DNA of 62,408 nucleotides from Perkinsus olseni (Eukaryota): NCBI GenBank assembly GCA_013115125.1, contig JABANN010000144.1, positions 1 to 62,408 of the forward strand, read 5' to 3'. Shown piece by piece: positions 1 to 13,400 of this stretch (position 1 is its first letter; each line of letters starts with the position of its first letter). The notes under the pieces were generated by a model. It saw only the letters and a program-made list of their open reading frames with translations, ran no database searches and was not told where the DNA came from. The position numbers and the translations under genes were made by a program.

Positions 1-2585
1 AGCCTCGGCCTCTGCGAAGAAGTACGGAGTTTAGTAATGTTGTTTGGAAGTGATTTCCTTCATACAGGACGCCGAGGATGTCCCCGGTGGGAGCACGGAC
101 ACTGTCGATAGAGATGGAGCCCATACCAGAACACCCCGACCTCGAGGCGCTGGAAGCTGGGAAACTGGGCAGTGAGAACATAGTGACGATCTCCGTTTCG
201 ACCACTGATTTTATTCGCAGGTTCCGAAAGTTCGACCAAGGAGAGCACCACCGCGGCGGGGCCTCAGCTGTATGGGAGATCTCGGTCGAGTGGGGAGGCG
301 CCTGCTTTGTAGCCCGCACGCTGTTATCCTTCTCAGCTCGGTTTAGCAGCGACTTCACCGATATAGACGACACTTTTGTGGTCGAGGACTCGGCCTCTGA
401 GGTCCTGGTGTGACCCTCTCATGATGTTCCTGTTTGCTGAAGTTGTACTAAAGTTTGCTTTTCTTGCCACTCGCTACACCCCAGGCTTTACAGTCAATAC
501 CATTCCTTCCGTAACATTCGAGTGTACAATTACTACTTGCCGCGACAGCTTATTCAGAGACGGTAGTAATGGTGTTCAGTTCCGATGCTTTCCCTCACAC
601 GAACGTATCTATGCTGGCAACCGAAGGAAGCGTTGCTAGCTGCAGGTTGCTGAATGCATGACGGATCGGAGGTCTCGGGCGCCCACCTCAAGCTTCCATG
701 GTTTTCGAGGATCTTCTCGCGAGCTAGCCCCGGCCCGGAATGCAGCCTGGCCCTCCTTGATGCCTTCACTGCTGAGTACACACACCTGTTGTGGTGGCAT
801 CGACCCCCTCCCTGTTAGACGGGACACTCTGGGGCGGAGGGACAGCCGACCACGAGAGCGACTGGTCACTCTGTTGAATACGTTAGGCGAGCATCTGGCT
901 ACGTCGCTGGACGAGTGAGCTAACCCTTTTGAACGCCCTTATCGAGGCATGGGGCTAGCATCGAGGTACGGGAAGATCAAGGCAGCCGCGTCCACGGAGA
1001 AGGGTGAGGTCAGTGGGCAAGGGCAGGAAGGGATGTCGAGACCACCACAAGTAGCTAGGCTGTTGATCGCTTCCGTCATGGAAGGCCCCCTTCGTAGTTG
1101 CGGGAGTTCGGAAAGGTGAAGAAGACCCTTTTGGGTCGCCTCATGGCAGCTACGAACTCTGAGCAGGTGGACGACCCCTAGGGGTCGACTGACTGGGTGT
1201 TCGGTAGGCCCGCTCTGCGTTGATGGAGGTTGAGAGATCGCTGAGCCGATGGGAGGCCGTCACGGACCTTGACGATTTGTGGACCAAGTTATTGATTGCC
1301 AAGCTTGCCTCCTTCGTTGCCTACATTACCGCATACTCGAGCCAGGAGAACGACGGTAGCTGGCGGACGGCTGAGAGAAACTCGCATCCGCCCCTGCAGA
1401 GGGCCATACTCCCTACTTCGACCCGCCTAAGTCCGCCTTCAACTCGATCAAGACAGACGAGAGATTGTCAACGTGCAAGGGCAGGGTTATCGAGGTATCC
1501 TGAGGGGCTCGGAGGAGGCACGGAGAACAACACCACTATCTAGGTTGCACGAAGATTCCTCGAAGACAACCCGTACCTGTCGGCGGTGGTGGACACGGAG
1601 CTTAGAGGATCTGGTGTCTTTCTAAGTGGCAGGTGTTCTGATTGTTTTATGGTCACCCCCCCCCTGGACGGGTCTTAGGCCCCTGGACGAAGCCCCGTGG
1701 GGGTCGACCGTCGGTGAGGATTGCGCGTTGATGCGGAGGTCTCTGCTGGCGGAGGTGTCCTTCTTCGCGTGGGTGCCTCCGATACACCTGCAACGCGTCA
1801 CTCGGCATCAATTCACGATCGGGATGGTAGGAAGTCAGGTTGAAAGTCGCGAACCTTCCTCCAGCTGTGGCCCAACGCCAGAAGCTGCGCGCTCGCCACA
1901 GGAGCCTCCACGAGTGCGCTTCCCGGGTCTGACACGACGCTACTCGATGAGTATGTTGGCTAGGTCGATTCTGTGGTGGGAGCTTCCGACGAAGTGTCTG
2001 GAAAAGAACAGAATTCACTCTGGAATAGATCGGACGCCCACCCAGAAGGGCGCGGTCTTCGCCCGCGAGTTCGTGTGAGTTAAGCGACGGAAGTACCGTT
2101 GTAGCCCGGGATAGCAGATTTTTCGAAGTTGAGGTCGAGCAGCATGTGAAGCCTTTCCCGTGGCAGACAGACGCGGACTTTAACGCATTCTTGGATGAGG
2201 AGAAGGCCCGCTGTGCCTCCACTCGCCCTGAGGTTCACAGCACACCCCCACGGCTTGCTCATCGGAGAGCTCAGATTCTGGAGCCGGGACTGGGTTACCT
2301 GACCGCATCACACGTCCACACCAGCGGCGCTACGAGTCTGCGGATAACTGCCGACATCGTAAGCGTTGCTGCCGCTGTAGCGATGCTGCCAAGGACAGCG
2401 GCAGATGTCGATCCCGGGGCTGGTCGAGAAGACGGCTCAGCTGTGCCGAGATCTCGTGTGGCTCGACTTGTCGGGGTGCGGCATCGGAGACGGGCAGCTT
2501 GCAGGGATCTGTGACTCTATCCCCGCCGGGAAACTACAAGTTCGTTGGACGTCGGTAATCAGATGAATTGCCGATGGCGTCCATC

Positions 2586-3118
2586 AGGTGCTCGACTTGT
2601 CGAAGAACAACTTGGACGACCGTTGTTGCTCGCTGTTGTGTTCCCTCACACACGCCCTCCTCGGCAGCCTTCGAGTTATGGACCTGTCCGATAACCCTGG
2701 GCTAACAGGCATCACTGCAGCCTCGCTGGCCAAGTGCATCGAGGGAGCAAGAGGTCCCGAGGGAGACGTTACAAATGACGTCGTTGAAGTGGCTTGTTCG
2801 AACGGGAGCGGACCAGCGGAGCCACGGCAGCTGGAGTTCATTGACTTCACTGGCTGTAGTGTGGACGAAGAGAACATCCAGGAAGAGCTTGACCAGGTGA
2901 CTGAAGCGACAACGATCTCATCGACGCTTCAGCGCTCGATGTTGAGGCCTTGGGAAGCTCCGGGAAGAAGCTGCCTGCTTATCGTCGACAGCAGAACGAC
3001 GTACAAGCACCGAGATATTCTTCCAGGGTTAAGGATGGCTTCAAGTCTGCCGATGGCATCACTTTCTTGTAGATTCCCGTTGAAGCCATCAAACGTCATA
3101 TACAGGAAGTTTTCCTGA
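2586..3118 (+). CDS. Leucine-rich repeat protein exon/fragment (RNI-like)
   Basis: LRR motifs VLDLSKNNLDD, LRVMDLSDNPGLT and LEFIDFTGCSV. Preceded by an AG acceptor; upstream exons unresolved. Confidence 0.55.
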
Positions 3119-4001
3119 AATTGCCTGAAATTCGGTAGACTGGAGGGCTGCTGGTTAACACGACCTCTTCTCAGTCCTCTGCATCATCGGACAAAACAAG
3201 GAAGCGTTTGCTATTACTGCGGGGTACCGCCGAGCGGCATCCAATGCTCAACATGCGTGACAAGTGCACGTGAAATGGTGAGAAGACGAAGATATGTTGC
3301 GTTGTAATCGGTTGTGGTTGTTCCAACCCGTCGGAGTGGTACCCCGGTGGCGGAAGCTCTTCGACGGAGTAGAACGTGGCTGAGCCGGTACGATGTTTCC
3401 AGTGTTGCACCACTTGGCCAAGATATTTGTGTCCTCGTCAACCCATTCGAGCCAATTAATGGAATTGCAATCGGTCTCGAACCCAAGCCTGATTGAGCGA
3501 AGAAAGATTCGGAACCAAAGGGCCCACTTTGATGCGGGTAACACGAGCGTTCGAGGTGCTCGGGCTGCGAAGTTCTAGCCTCATCAAAACCTTTTTTGCG
3601 AAGGCCAAAGATCGATTGCCCTACCCTCTGCCCGACCGCTACTTTCTGTCCTCAATAAACTTGCATAAACTCATCCCTCTTGAAACAAGATACATCAGTG
3701 CTAGTCTGGCTCAGCCGGTTTATGGCGTCGGTCTTGAAACTCACACACACTGATCGAGCTGTGCCGAGCGACACGATCCATCGGCAATTCACACCGGTTA
3801 TTTTTCCAGTCGAAATCGTGCGCTGTGTGGACGATGCTCGGATGTTTTATGGGCAGCCGGTAGGACAAGTGGACAAGCCGTGTCAACGGAAGCTTGCGGA
3901 CGTTAGTAACGTGTTCTTGGGCAAGGCACAGAGTATGAACCAACGCGACACCAGTGAGAAGGGAGGAATGAACACAGATGAGATATGAAAAGCAATCGGA
4001 A

Positions 4002-4780
4002 TTATGATGACTCGTGCTGCTGCTGCTGCTGCTCCAAGTAGCGGCGGAAAACCACCATGCTATCCGGAACAACATCTGAAGCATCCATCGCTAGGATCTG
4101 AGCAGACATCGTGTGATTCGGAAGAACAAGCCAGGATACGGCACCTCCTCCTTGGTCATCAACTTGCACTGTTTCACTTCGCAGTCTTGAAGTTTGAGCG
4201 ATTCCACTGGTAAATCAGTCTCACAGAGGAAAACATGTCCGAAGACTCGAAGCGGGGCTGAAAATGTTCAACTCATTCAGGTGTCGATACAGGATTTACC
4301 TTCATGGGAGATCTGATCGAAAAGCTTCTTGAAGCCTCCCTCGGCGATATCAATGCCCATCTCTTCCTTGAGTTCCCGATGAGCATTCTCCTCTGGGGTC
4401 TCTCCAACCCCCATGGTCCCGCCGGGTACAGGATCCTGACAGTGGCAGTAGCGTGCCCGAGCGAAGACCAGATTTCCGATAACTACCCATCTCCCGGGCA
4501 TGTAATCCTTAATATCGGTCCGCTGTTGCACATAATACTTGCCGGTGGGTTTGTTACGGATAATCAGGTAGGTACACCTGAGTGTTCCAGGACATCCGCG
4601 AGGGTAGAGGTTAGTCGGCCGCGACTCACGCATGGTAAAGCATCCTTCTCCTCATCTCACATCGCACCACAGCACCGATGCAATGCCCTTCGGGGGAGTA
4701 CACAGGAACAACTTCATCTGAAGGAGCATACTCAATCGGTCGATCTCGGGGGCGCCATTGGTCGAGTGAAGTTTGCAGAC
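4002..4780 (-). CDS. NUDIX hydrolase (YfcD/IPP-isomerase-like), multi-exon; may extend upstream to the ATG at 5494
   Basis: Spliced reading: DEVVPVYSPEGHCIGAVVRCEMRRRMLYHA / TYLIIRN..YYVQQRTDIKDYMPGRW / DPVPGGTMGVGETPEENAHRELKEEMGI (Nudix box) / RVFGHVFLCE..LKLQDCEV / VVPDSMVVFRRYLEQQQQQHESS*. Confidence 0.8.
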
Positions 4781-6169
4781 TAATTATTGAAATGGATCCG
4801 GAAAAGCTTCAACTGAGGCGAGGCCGTGCGAGAGGAGAACCTGCCTGCGTTCAAGGCGTTGTTGTTCTTCGTGAATGATTTGCCCAATTCCCTGTGCAAG
4901 TAGATCCACCAGGCGATGATGTCCGCCTTCGGAGTTGGTACTGGTAGCACCTGTTCAGACATTTCAAAAGAACCACGAGCTTTGGGAGTGCTCATCATGC
5001 TGCCACTTCGCCTTATGACACTACCGACCTGACCACCTAGTACCTTAGTGCCCGGACATACCTCCTCTGACTGACGACAGAGTGGGCATTTAGTATCATC
5101 ACCAAAACGGAGCGTCTGAGAGACCACACCACCTCCATAGCGAGAGTGCTGGAGAGATCTCACATGCGTTATGTCCCGATCGCCCGTGCTCCTCTGGACT
5201 TGACTTTGGAACACAAGGGCCACTCGACTGACCAGCCAGTTCTGGTCACCGAGCTCCTTCTGGAGTTCGAAATCCTTTTGCTCCTTCGCCTGAATGACGG
5301 TGCTAGTCCGTTGAAGACCTATTGAAGCCAGCCTCTATTACCTGCAACTCCTCGAGCCATTTGTCACCGGTGCCAGTGAGATCAATAGCCCCGAGGCTGA
5401 CAAGCTGGTCTAGTACAGGACGAACAGCGGCCTTGCCTGTGCAACTGCAGGCATGTACATTCACTACGTGGATACGACAGAATGTTACTGGCATGGGATC
5501 CGCACTTTAAAGAAAACTAAGATACACAACACTGGACCGTAGCCGCCTAACTACCGGTCTAATCATCGTCAAAGTCGGCGCCCTAGTGAGCCTGCCTCAA
5601 CCCCCAGCCACCCGGCGTGACAGCCACAACCCTTTCGCGGAGCTATATGATGAAGCCGTAAGGGAACGATTGGCGAGTCAATCCCTCGCGGGAGGTGATC
5701 GACGGCTCCGCTAGCCAGTTAGTGAGGAACCGCAGGAGAGTAGCCGTTGACCACAGAACGCGACACGGTTTGATAAGAGAATACGGCTTGCGCAACAGAT
5801 AGTAATGTATGAGATATTCCTGAACGACCGCTGCGCCGGAGATGATGTTGAATAGGGTATAATGATGTCCTATGGGACGACACGCTGACTAAGATAAGTC
5901 TATGCCTCCCTGATGCTCTAGTGGCCCTTAAATAGCTGCAGGGGCACGGCAGATGAGCCGATCGACTGGCTTGTAGGTTGGGCAACTTCGAGTCACGGGA
6001 GAGGTTGGCAGCGGTCGCGAGGCTCGTAATAATGCGGGCATCGCAACAATGATATAGCTTATGGTGGTATGCCGTGCCACTGGGAGAACGAAGCCGAGGT
6101 TGACTTCGCACAGACTTCGTAAAAATCCCTCGGTGGGGCGACGCAGTGTGAGCATAAAGCCTGATGGAG

Positions 6170-7304
6170 CTACTCCTTCTTGGCTTTTCTCTTGCCACCC
6201 TTCACATAGCGACCAACGAAGAACTGCGCGAAAAGAACCAGGTAGGCCGTGTACCTGCAAAATGGAAGATGAGCAGACACTGGTGTAGACGGAAGGTGTC
6301 AGTACATGAGGAATGCTGCTAGCAGATCTTCAGTGGCCCCATCACAACGAGGAACTGTCCTCAAGGAATAGTAATGGACGGCCACAACAAACATGCCTGA
6401 GAAAAACAATCAATCTCCCGACAGACTCATTCACGATGGCATCGCGAGAGCAGAGAAGTGACGCGGAGCTCTGACGACTCGGTTCCTAAGCACTTACCGA
6501 TCAACATTTGAGTGATCTGTAGGATGGTGACTGTGAGACCCCACTTGGGCTTATGGCCAACTGAAGATAGGAAGTAGTAGAAGTACATAATAGAGTGGAC
6601 CATGTAGTTCATAGTGGCAAAGAAGATACCGGTAGGCTGTTCGTAAGCCCCGGCATGCCAACAGTAGAGCAACACAGTAGCATGATGGAACCAATGGAGG
6701 AAGTTAACGTTCCTCTTCCTCAACACCAAGAACGCTGTGTCGATGAGCTCGAAGTATTTGCTAAAAATGAATAGGCCGACCCAAGCCCCAGTAGGGCCGG
6801 GAGCGTAGGAGCCACCGACGTTACGGCAGATGAAGTAGAGTGGGCCGTTTATGAGGGTTCCATTGATGAGATGGGGCAATGTACGAATCATGCCGATGAA
6901 GGAGAAGATAGCGAGGAAGAGGTTCCATAGGGCTAGGGGCTTCTTCAAGTTGAAGGCCGGGCGGTTCTTCATGATACGCTGACCAACCGGTATGGCGATG
7001 AGGTAGCAGGCAACCACGACATACGAAAGCCACCAGTAGTGGCGCATCACCACCAACTGAAAGAATGACTCGTTGTACTCGAGGCCCCACCTCACGACCC
7101 ACTCACCATCCTTGCCAGTAGTGTTTCTGTATTCTCCCAGGCAGCTGGCCCGATGTAGGGCAGGGCCCACTTGGGCAGGTCATCGGTATAGACAGGGTCG
7201 ACGAAGCCGTACTCAGTGCGGTTGTTAATTTCGGTGCGCAACCAGATTTGGTCCCAAACCTCAGGGGTGCGGTTCATGACATTATCAAGGGGCAGTTCGA
7301 TCAT
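6170..7304 (-). CDS. Fatty acid elongase (ELO/GNS1/SUR4 family), copy B, spliced
   Basis: Motifs KYFELIDTAFLVLRK, FLHWFHH, NYMVHSIMYFYY and TILQITQM; C-terminal KRKAKKE* di-lysine-like tail. Confidence 0.93.
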
Positions 7305-8024
7305 GATCGAAGAGTTCACGAGAGTGAAGGGGCACGCTAAAACAACAACTAGTTACAGCGGAGCGAAGCACCACTCCCTCAGAGACCGCTGATCTTATCG
7401 CACTAAAAACTCAAGACCATATGCATGGGACTGGTAATGCCTCAGCAGCGCTGACGGCAGCGGTAGACGACGAGACTGAACCATTGTATGATATACGAGT
7501 TGTATTAGTTGTTTTTCTTGTAGTTGTTGCAGGAATCAATGATATTATTACGGCGGATCAATCGCGTAGTGGTTGTACTTACACAACGTTCTAGCAGCAG
7601 TAGCAGTAATAGGAGGTAACAACGACGACGACAGTATGCCGATCCACTTCACGCCTCGACTCGTCAGCGGCAGCAAATACACGGTCTGTAGTAACAACAA
7701 TAGGGTCGGCAACAATGTGATGCGTCCAGGAGCAGTTGCAAAGCACGGTAGAACGACACTTCCACCAAGACTGCTACTACCACTACAGCTCCTGGGCAAC
7801 ACCTACTACCAACAACTCTTCTACAGGCCATGATTCGCGCACCGACTGACAACCGAGCACGAACCAGCACCACCATCGTTGTCAGCTACTACTGCGATGA
7901 TGGCTGCGAATAAAACGGTATTATTGTTATTATTCTCAGAGATGAAAAAACAACAAGTATTTCTAGCATGTTAGGAATTCTGTTCAACGCAGGAGGCGGC
8001 GGCGGAGGCGGCAATTGCATGAAA

Positions 8025-9151
8025 TTAGTTGGACTTCTTGGAAGCGCTGACGGCGGCCTTCTTGGCAGCCTTCTTAGGGGCCACGTAGCGACCAACGAAG
8101 AACTGTACGAAGAGCAGCATGTAGGCGGTGTACCTGCGATAAGAAGATAAACGTGAGAAAATCGAAAATGCCTGTGATTAGTAGTCAAAGGCTCACATAA
8201 GGAATGCAGCGACCAGATCCTCGTAGGCACCGTCACAGTTGGTGACGTGGGAAATCGAGTAGTAATGCACAGCCACTATGAACATACCTGCGAGGGTAAA
8301 ATATAGTGTGACAAGAGGAAGTCGAGCAGCACTTACCGGCGAACATTTGAGTGATCTGTAGGATGGTGACAGTGAGACCCCACTTGGCCTTATGGCCAAC
8401 TGAAGATAGGAAGTAGTAGAAGTACATAATAGAGTGGACCATGTAGTTCATAGTGGCAAAGAAAATACCGGTAGGCTGTTCGTAAGCCCCGGCATGCCAA
8501 CAGTAGAGCAACACAGTAGCATGATGGAACCAATGGAGGAAGTTAACGTTCCTCTTCCTCAACACCAAGAACGCTGTGTCGATGAGCTCGAAGTATTTGC
8601 TGTACATAAACAAGCTTATCCACAGGCCAGCGGGTCCGGTACCGTAAGAGGCACTGGCGTTACGGCAGACAAAGTAGAGAGGACCATTGTACCAGATGCC
8701 GCCCAGGAGCAACGGAACAGTTCTGGTGACACCAATAAAGGAGAAGATAGCGAGGAAGAGGTTCCATAGGGCTAGGGGCTTCTTCAAGTTGAAGGCCGGG
8801 CGGTTCTTCATGATACGCTGACCAACCGGTATGGCGATGAGGTAGCAGGCAACCACGACCCAAGAAACCCACCAGTACTCACGCATGATCTGGGTCTGAA
8901 ATGAGAGAGAATTGCGAGAGAGACGGATCCGCTGACCATCTCGCTACTACCGTAAACTTAGTGTACTCAGGCGACCAGTTGTCCCAATCGGTCGGGTAGA
9001 GGATCTTAGTCAACCAGGCTGGGGTGACGTCTTGATAGGTGAGATCCTTGAAGCCGTAGATGGAAGAGTCGGATATCAATGGTTTGATCCAGATGTCGTT
9101 CCAGTGGTTGGTACGATACTCCTGCATCAGATTGTCGGCTGGGAAGTTCAT
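8025..9151 (-). CDS. Fatty acid elongase (ELO family), copy A, spliced
   Basis: Same ELO motifs as copy B; ends KKAAVSASKKSN*; tandem paralog of 6170-7304. Confidence 0.93.
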
Positions 9152-9655
9152 TGTAGACAAACGCAGCAGAAGCGGTAGAGTGGAAGGGAGGAAACTAACA
9201 AATTAGCTTCATCACGTTGTAACAATGATACCATAACTTCCGAGATTCCCACTACAAGTTCGCGCTACTATTGTACGACAATCAGGAACATTCAAACGGC
9301 GGCCCTTGTCCAGAGAGAATGCACCGAGCCCAGTAGTGATGGGCGAGATGATTACGCGAGACGCGACACTGGCGGGGAAAACCGACAGGCGAGTAGAAGC
9401 CGGAACATGTTGGAGCTACGATTACGATAGAGGCTCACGCTCACAGCGAACAGCAGCGGTCATTCAGACTACGACTATTGGAGTGGCTCAGGGTACGACA
9501 CAGCGAAGACATCGCTCTGCTCAACGAGGAAGCAGACTCTTAGCGACGAGTTTCGTGGCGCGCGACAACTCAAGAGACGGGAAGTGACACTCAGGAGACT
9601 GTATAAAAGTATTCATAATGGTAGCCAACTTGAGGAGGTATCGGTGCGGGCAGTG

Positions 9656-10640
9656 TCATGATGATTGCATGACGTTTACCAACCTGAGCAACACAAGCTA
9701 GACGGCTCGACGCAGCTTAGAAAAGAGGCGACTCAACGTCGGCATAGCTCGCACCCGAAAGGTCCCGGGTTCGAATCCCAGCGACGACATTTTCAAAGAA
9801 GTCATATAGGAGACGCACCAGTCTAATCCTTCTTTGATACCATCTCCTCGAACTGCACTGGCTTGATATATCGCCCATTGACGAGATCTGACAAGACGCC
9901 ACAAATTCTCCCGACAGCTTGCCACGACCGATTCTCAGGTACCTAATTTGGGTGAGTCCCAGTCCCTCCGAGACTTCAACGCTGCTCATGGCATCCGGTA
10001 AATCCTGTTTGTTCGCGAAGACTAGTAAAGCAACACCCTGGAGCTCTTCCTCATCTAACAAGTTGTTTAACTCTCGCCGTGCATCTGGCAGTCGATCACG
10101 ATCTGAAAAAACACATGAGCAAGATAGAGTCTCCTGTCTCATCTACCCACCAGCCGAGTCCACAACGTAGACAATGCCATTGGTGTTCGGGTAGTAACAT
10201 CTCCAATAGGGCCGTATGCTGCTCTGACCACCTGCCAAGGGGACTGCTCCTCCTGCGGGAGTTGCTGCCATTTTACCCAAGTCCCAGACCTGCAGCTTCA
10301 CGTTCTTCACTTGTATCGTCTCCACGTTGAAGCCAATGGTGGGAATAGTTTGCACGATATCATCAACTTGCAACCGGTCTGAAGAAAATGCAAAGAAGCA
10401 TCCCCCGGCCCATCACCGTCGAGAAATCGGGCCTCCCAAAGCTGGCAATTGGGTCGCCAGAGGGTCGATCGAGGCACCCCTGGTTGAGACAATCTCAAGG
10501 ACGATAGACTGCGACAGCGCGACCAGAGAGGGCTTACACAGTATCGTTGTCTTCCCTGCATTATCGAGGCCTAGGATGAGTATCCGAACCTCCTTCGTGC
10601 CAAAAAGCCGACCAAAGAGTGAGGAGAAGAGGACACCCAT
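9656..10640 (-). CDS. ARL1: ADP-ribosylation factor-like small GTPase ARL1, spliced
   Basis: [87 protein letters not shown]. Confidence 0.92.
9706..9793 (+). pseudogene. Degenerate tRNA-like element inside the last ARL1 intron (antisense to the gene)
   Basis: CT-CGC-AC CCGAA AGGTC CCGGG TTCGAAT CCCAG CGACGAC A TTTT; an A-box-like CAGCTTAG lies upstream. Confidence 0.7.
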
Positions 10641-11515
10641 ACCAGAAGCCTTGAGAAAAAACACTGAGAGAGCAACCGCCATCACATTCGACAAGCCCGA
10701 GCGCGCCAACGAGTGTTCATGTTCTATACATACCCTCAGTTGAATGCTAAGACAGGACGGCCGCTATTGTCGTGTCCAGAGACTCTCATGGACGGCAGCG
10801 GCCGCTGTGCACCAAGAAATCAACCCCGGCAGTGCCACGGTGACACTTCCGAAGGTCTCTCTGGTCACTAGCGAGTACTTGAAAAGGCCAACAAGGTGTA
10901 TCGCGAAACCAAACCCGAGCCCTGTCATGGAGCGGCAGCCATCCCGCCCTCACTGAGTAACGCAAGACCACCAAGTTATCGAAAGGTGCCACAGTAGGCT
11001 GAAGCTGCCGCAATGGACATACAAGGGAGAGGAGAGGACACAACCGATGGATCATCATATGCTGTTCACATACTCGCCCTAGCCGAACATTGAGACACGC
11101 GGGTACCGAGAAGAAGCTAGCCTTGATAGGCTGAACAATAACGCGAGTAACAGAGCATTCGCTGACGCCAACGGGAGCATGCTGCTCGATTCACGGTAGA
11201 GTGGCGTCGTTGAGAAGGTAGGAACAAGGGTACTACTACTATTTATACTGCATATTGGTCACAATAAGGACCGACACAAAAAGCTGCGATAATGGGGTTG
11301 TAGCTCAGCAATAGCCGCAAGGGCGACGACATAATATTCAGAAACGGAGAAGGTACACATAGGAACAGCTCGGACCGCAAAAATAATTATCATACCGCAC
11401 TATGAACAACAAAGAAGGCCATCAGAGGCACTAGAACCTCCAAAAGCAGGGAAGGCCCGGGCTGGCCCTATATACCTCGCTGCACGCCAGGGCAACTATA
11501 CGAAACGCGCTGACG

Positions 11516-13400
11516 CTACACCCGGGCTACCACTAACAGCATTATCAACCTCAGCCGGGGGGGCACACGACCGGGAGAATCATTATTAACTTCCGCTAAG
11601 ACCCGACCAGCCGCCCTTCGCAACTCCATCTCAACGTTCGGGTCATCACTGATGTACTCTAGTTGAGCAGCGGTAGGAGAAGAGCATACAGTAGAGGGCA
11701 TGGACGGTTGTGGACTGGGGTATAACACCACCGAAGGTGTGGGGGCTATAGGAGCGGGGATATTGAGTAGTTCTAGAGGGTCCACGGACTCGAGGTCAAT
11801 ACAGTTGTCATCCAAAGTATCATCATTTGCTGCGGCGGCGGCCCCCACAAGATCCCTCTCTTCCTCCTTCTTCCGACGACAGAGCTTGAAAAGCATCCAA
11901 GAGGTTAGGAATCCCAGAAAAGCGGCGAGAAGGACGCCACAGGCGATCCCTGCTATGGCCCCTGGACCGAGATGGTTGCCTGGCTTTACACTCGAACCAG
12001 AATCACTATTATCCGTTTCGCTAGGAGGCTCATCCCGAGGTTCTGAGAAAGGAAACCACGATTTCAAATCACGCTGACTCCAAGCGCTGCACTACTTGGC
12101 GTCTCCGTCAGAGGTTGAGGTTCGGGACTAGTTACCAGTCGTGTCGGTGGTGCCGGTTGGACCGAAGGGGCAGGTGCTGGTGGCGCTGGAGCAGGCATAT
12201 AAGGCTGGGTCGTCGGGTAGATGAAACCATCATGATCTAGAAAGAGATGGAAGAGGTTGATACGAGTTTGAGGAAGTTCGGGTTACCATTACCATCAGAA
12301 GCCACATCGTTGCTGTAGGTGACCAGGCGGTTGAATAAGGTCTCATTGTCACCCTCCTTAAGGCAGTAGTTGAGGTCAATGACTACTAGCTGCCCCACGT
12401 ACTGTCCAGTACTGTGATCATTGCCGAAGAGGACCAGGTCATAGGAACCCACAGAAAGGGAGTAGGGGGCGTAGGTGAAGACCTGAAAATCTGCTTGGCA
12501 CGCTGCTATAAGCGAACTTGTTATGCTATGAGTACAACACCAACTCTGGCAAACCCCCCAGAGAAAATCAGGAAACACATCAAACAGAGTACTGCAGAGC
12601 TACTGGAGCCTCTCATGACAGAAAACGCAGTCAGAGAGCCAGCGTGCAACCCGTGGCGCGGGCACCGTTTTGGTCCAGGGGCAGCTTTGTACAAGCCCCC
12701 CACTCATGCGTCTACCTCAACCACCGAACGCGGTTGGTTACTACCTTCACGACTACGGGATTCAGGGGATCCTCGGAGAGTATTTCACCTTCCTGGGTAG
12801 GGGCCTCACGCCGGGCTTGAGGACCAGAGAATCCGGAGTTGACTTCTTGGCCGAGGCCGGACCTACCAGAGGACCGACCTAGCGCAGAGTTGGACAGCAC
12901 TTCTCGAGAATCTTACATCACTCTGCGGCCATTCTTGTATATTGGATGGGCTATGAGAGTGGAAGCAGAGCTACGGGGAACGTACAGCGAGATCGAGCAC
13001 GCGTCCATTGAAGGGCACACTAGCTGTTTGAACCCAGCTGGCCAGGGTGTGGGGCCAGGCGTCGAGCGATCATCACTAGAAGGGGTAGCCGTCCCTGCAG
13101 GGATACCCTCGCTAGGAGGAGTAGCCGTCCCTGCAGGGATACCCTCGCTAGGAGGAGTAGCCGTCTCTGTAGAGATGGTAGAAGGAGCGACCGTCCCAAC
13201 AGTCGTCTCCCGTGTGGAAGAGGGAGCAGCCCCTCGGTCCCACTGCTGCTGCTGCTGCTCATCTGAGTCCTCCCCCTTCCCACTATCACCGTGACTCCTG
13301 ATGGTCGAGATGGCGCCCACCGACGGTTGCCCAGCGAACCTAAGCTGCGGCCCAGGGCTTCTCCCTTTCAGCCTAGTACCTACATAAACAGGGGATCTAC
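11516..13400 (-). CDS. Putative single-pass surface protein with Thr/Pro-rich mucin-like repeats and Cys-containing segments, multi-exon; ends uncertain
   Basis: Exons 12913-13320 (TATPPSEGIPAG repeats), about 12240-12480, and 11516-12067 (TM GAIAGIACGVLLAAFLGFL followed by CRRKK). Confidence 0.55.
13085..13165. repeat. 36-bp coding tandem repeat, about 2.3 copies
   Basis: gtagccgtccctgcagggataccctcgctaggagga at 13085 and 13121, partial at 13157. Confidence 0.9.

Noticed and set aside
3465-3490. Minus-strand GGTTCGAGACC B-box match
   Set aside because: Poor T-stem pairing and no clear intron context; about one chance hit is plausible in this window
5537-5546. accgtagccg, similar to the start of the perkinsid/dinoflagellate spliced leader
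   Set aside because: Only 9 nt match; the TTGGCTCAAG part is absent
13085-13165. 36-bp repeats as a CRISPR array
   Set aside because: No spacers, in-frame coding repeat, eukaryotic context
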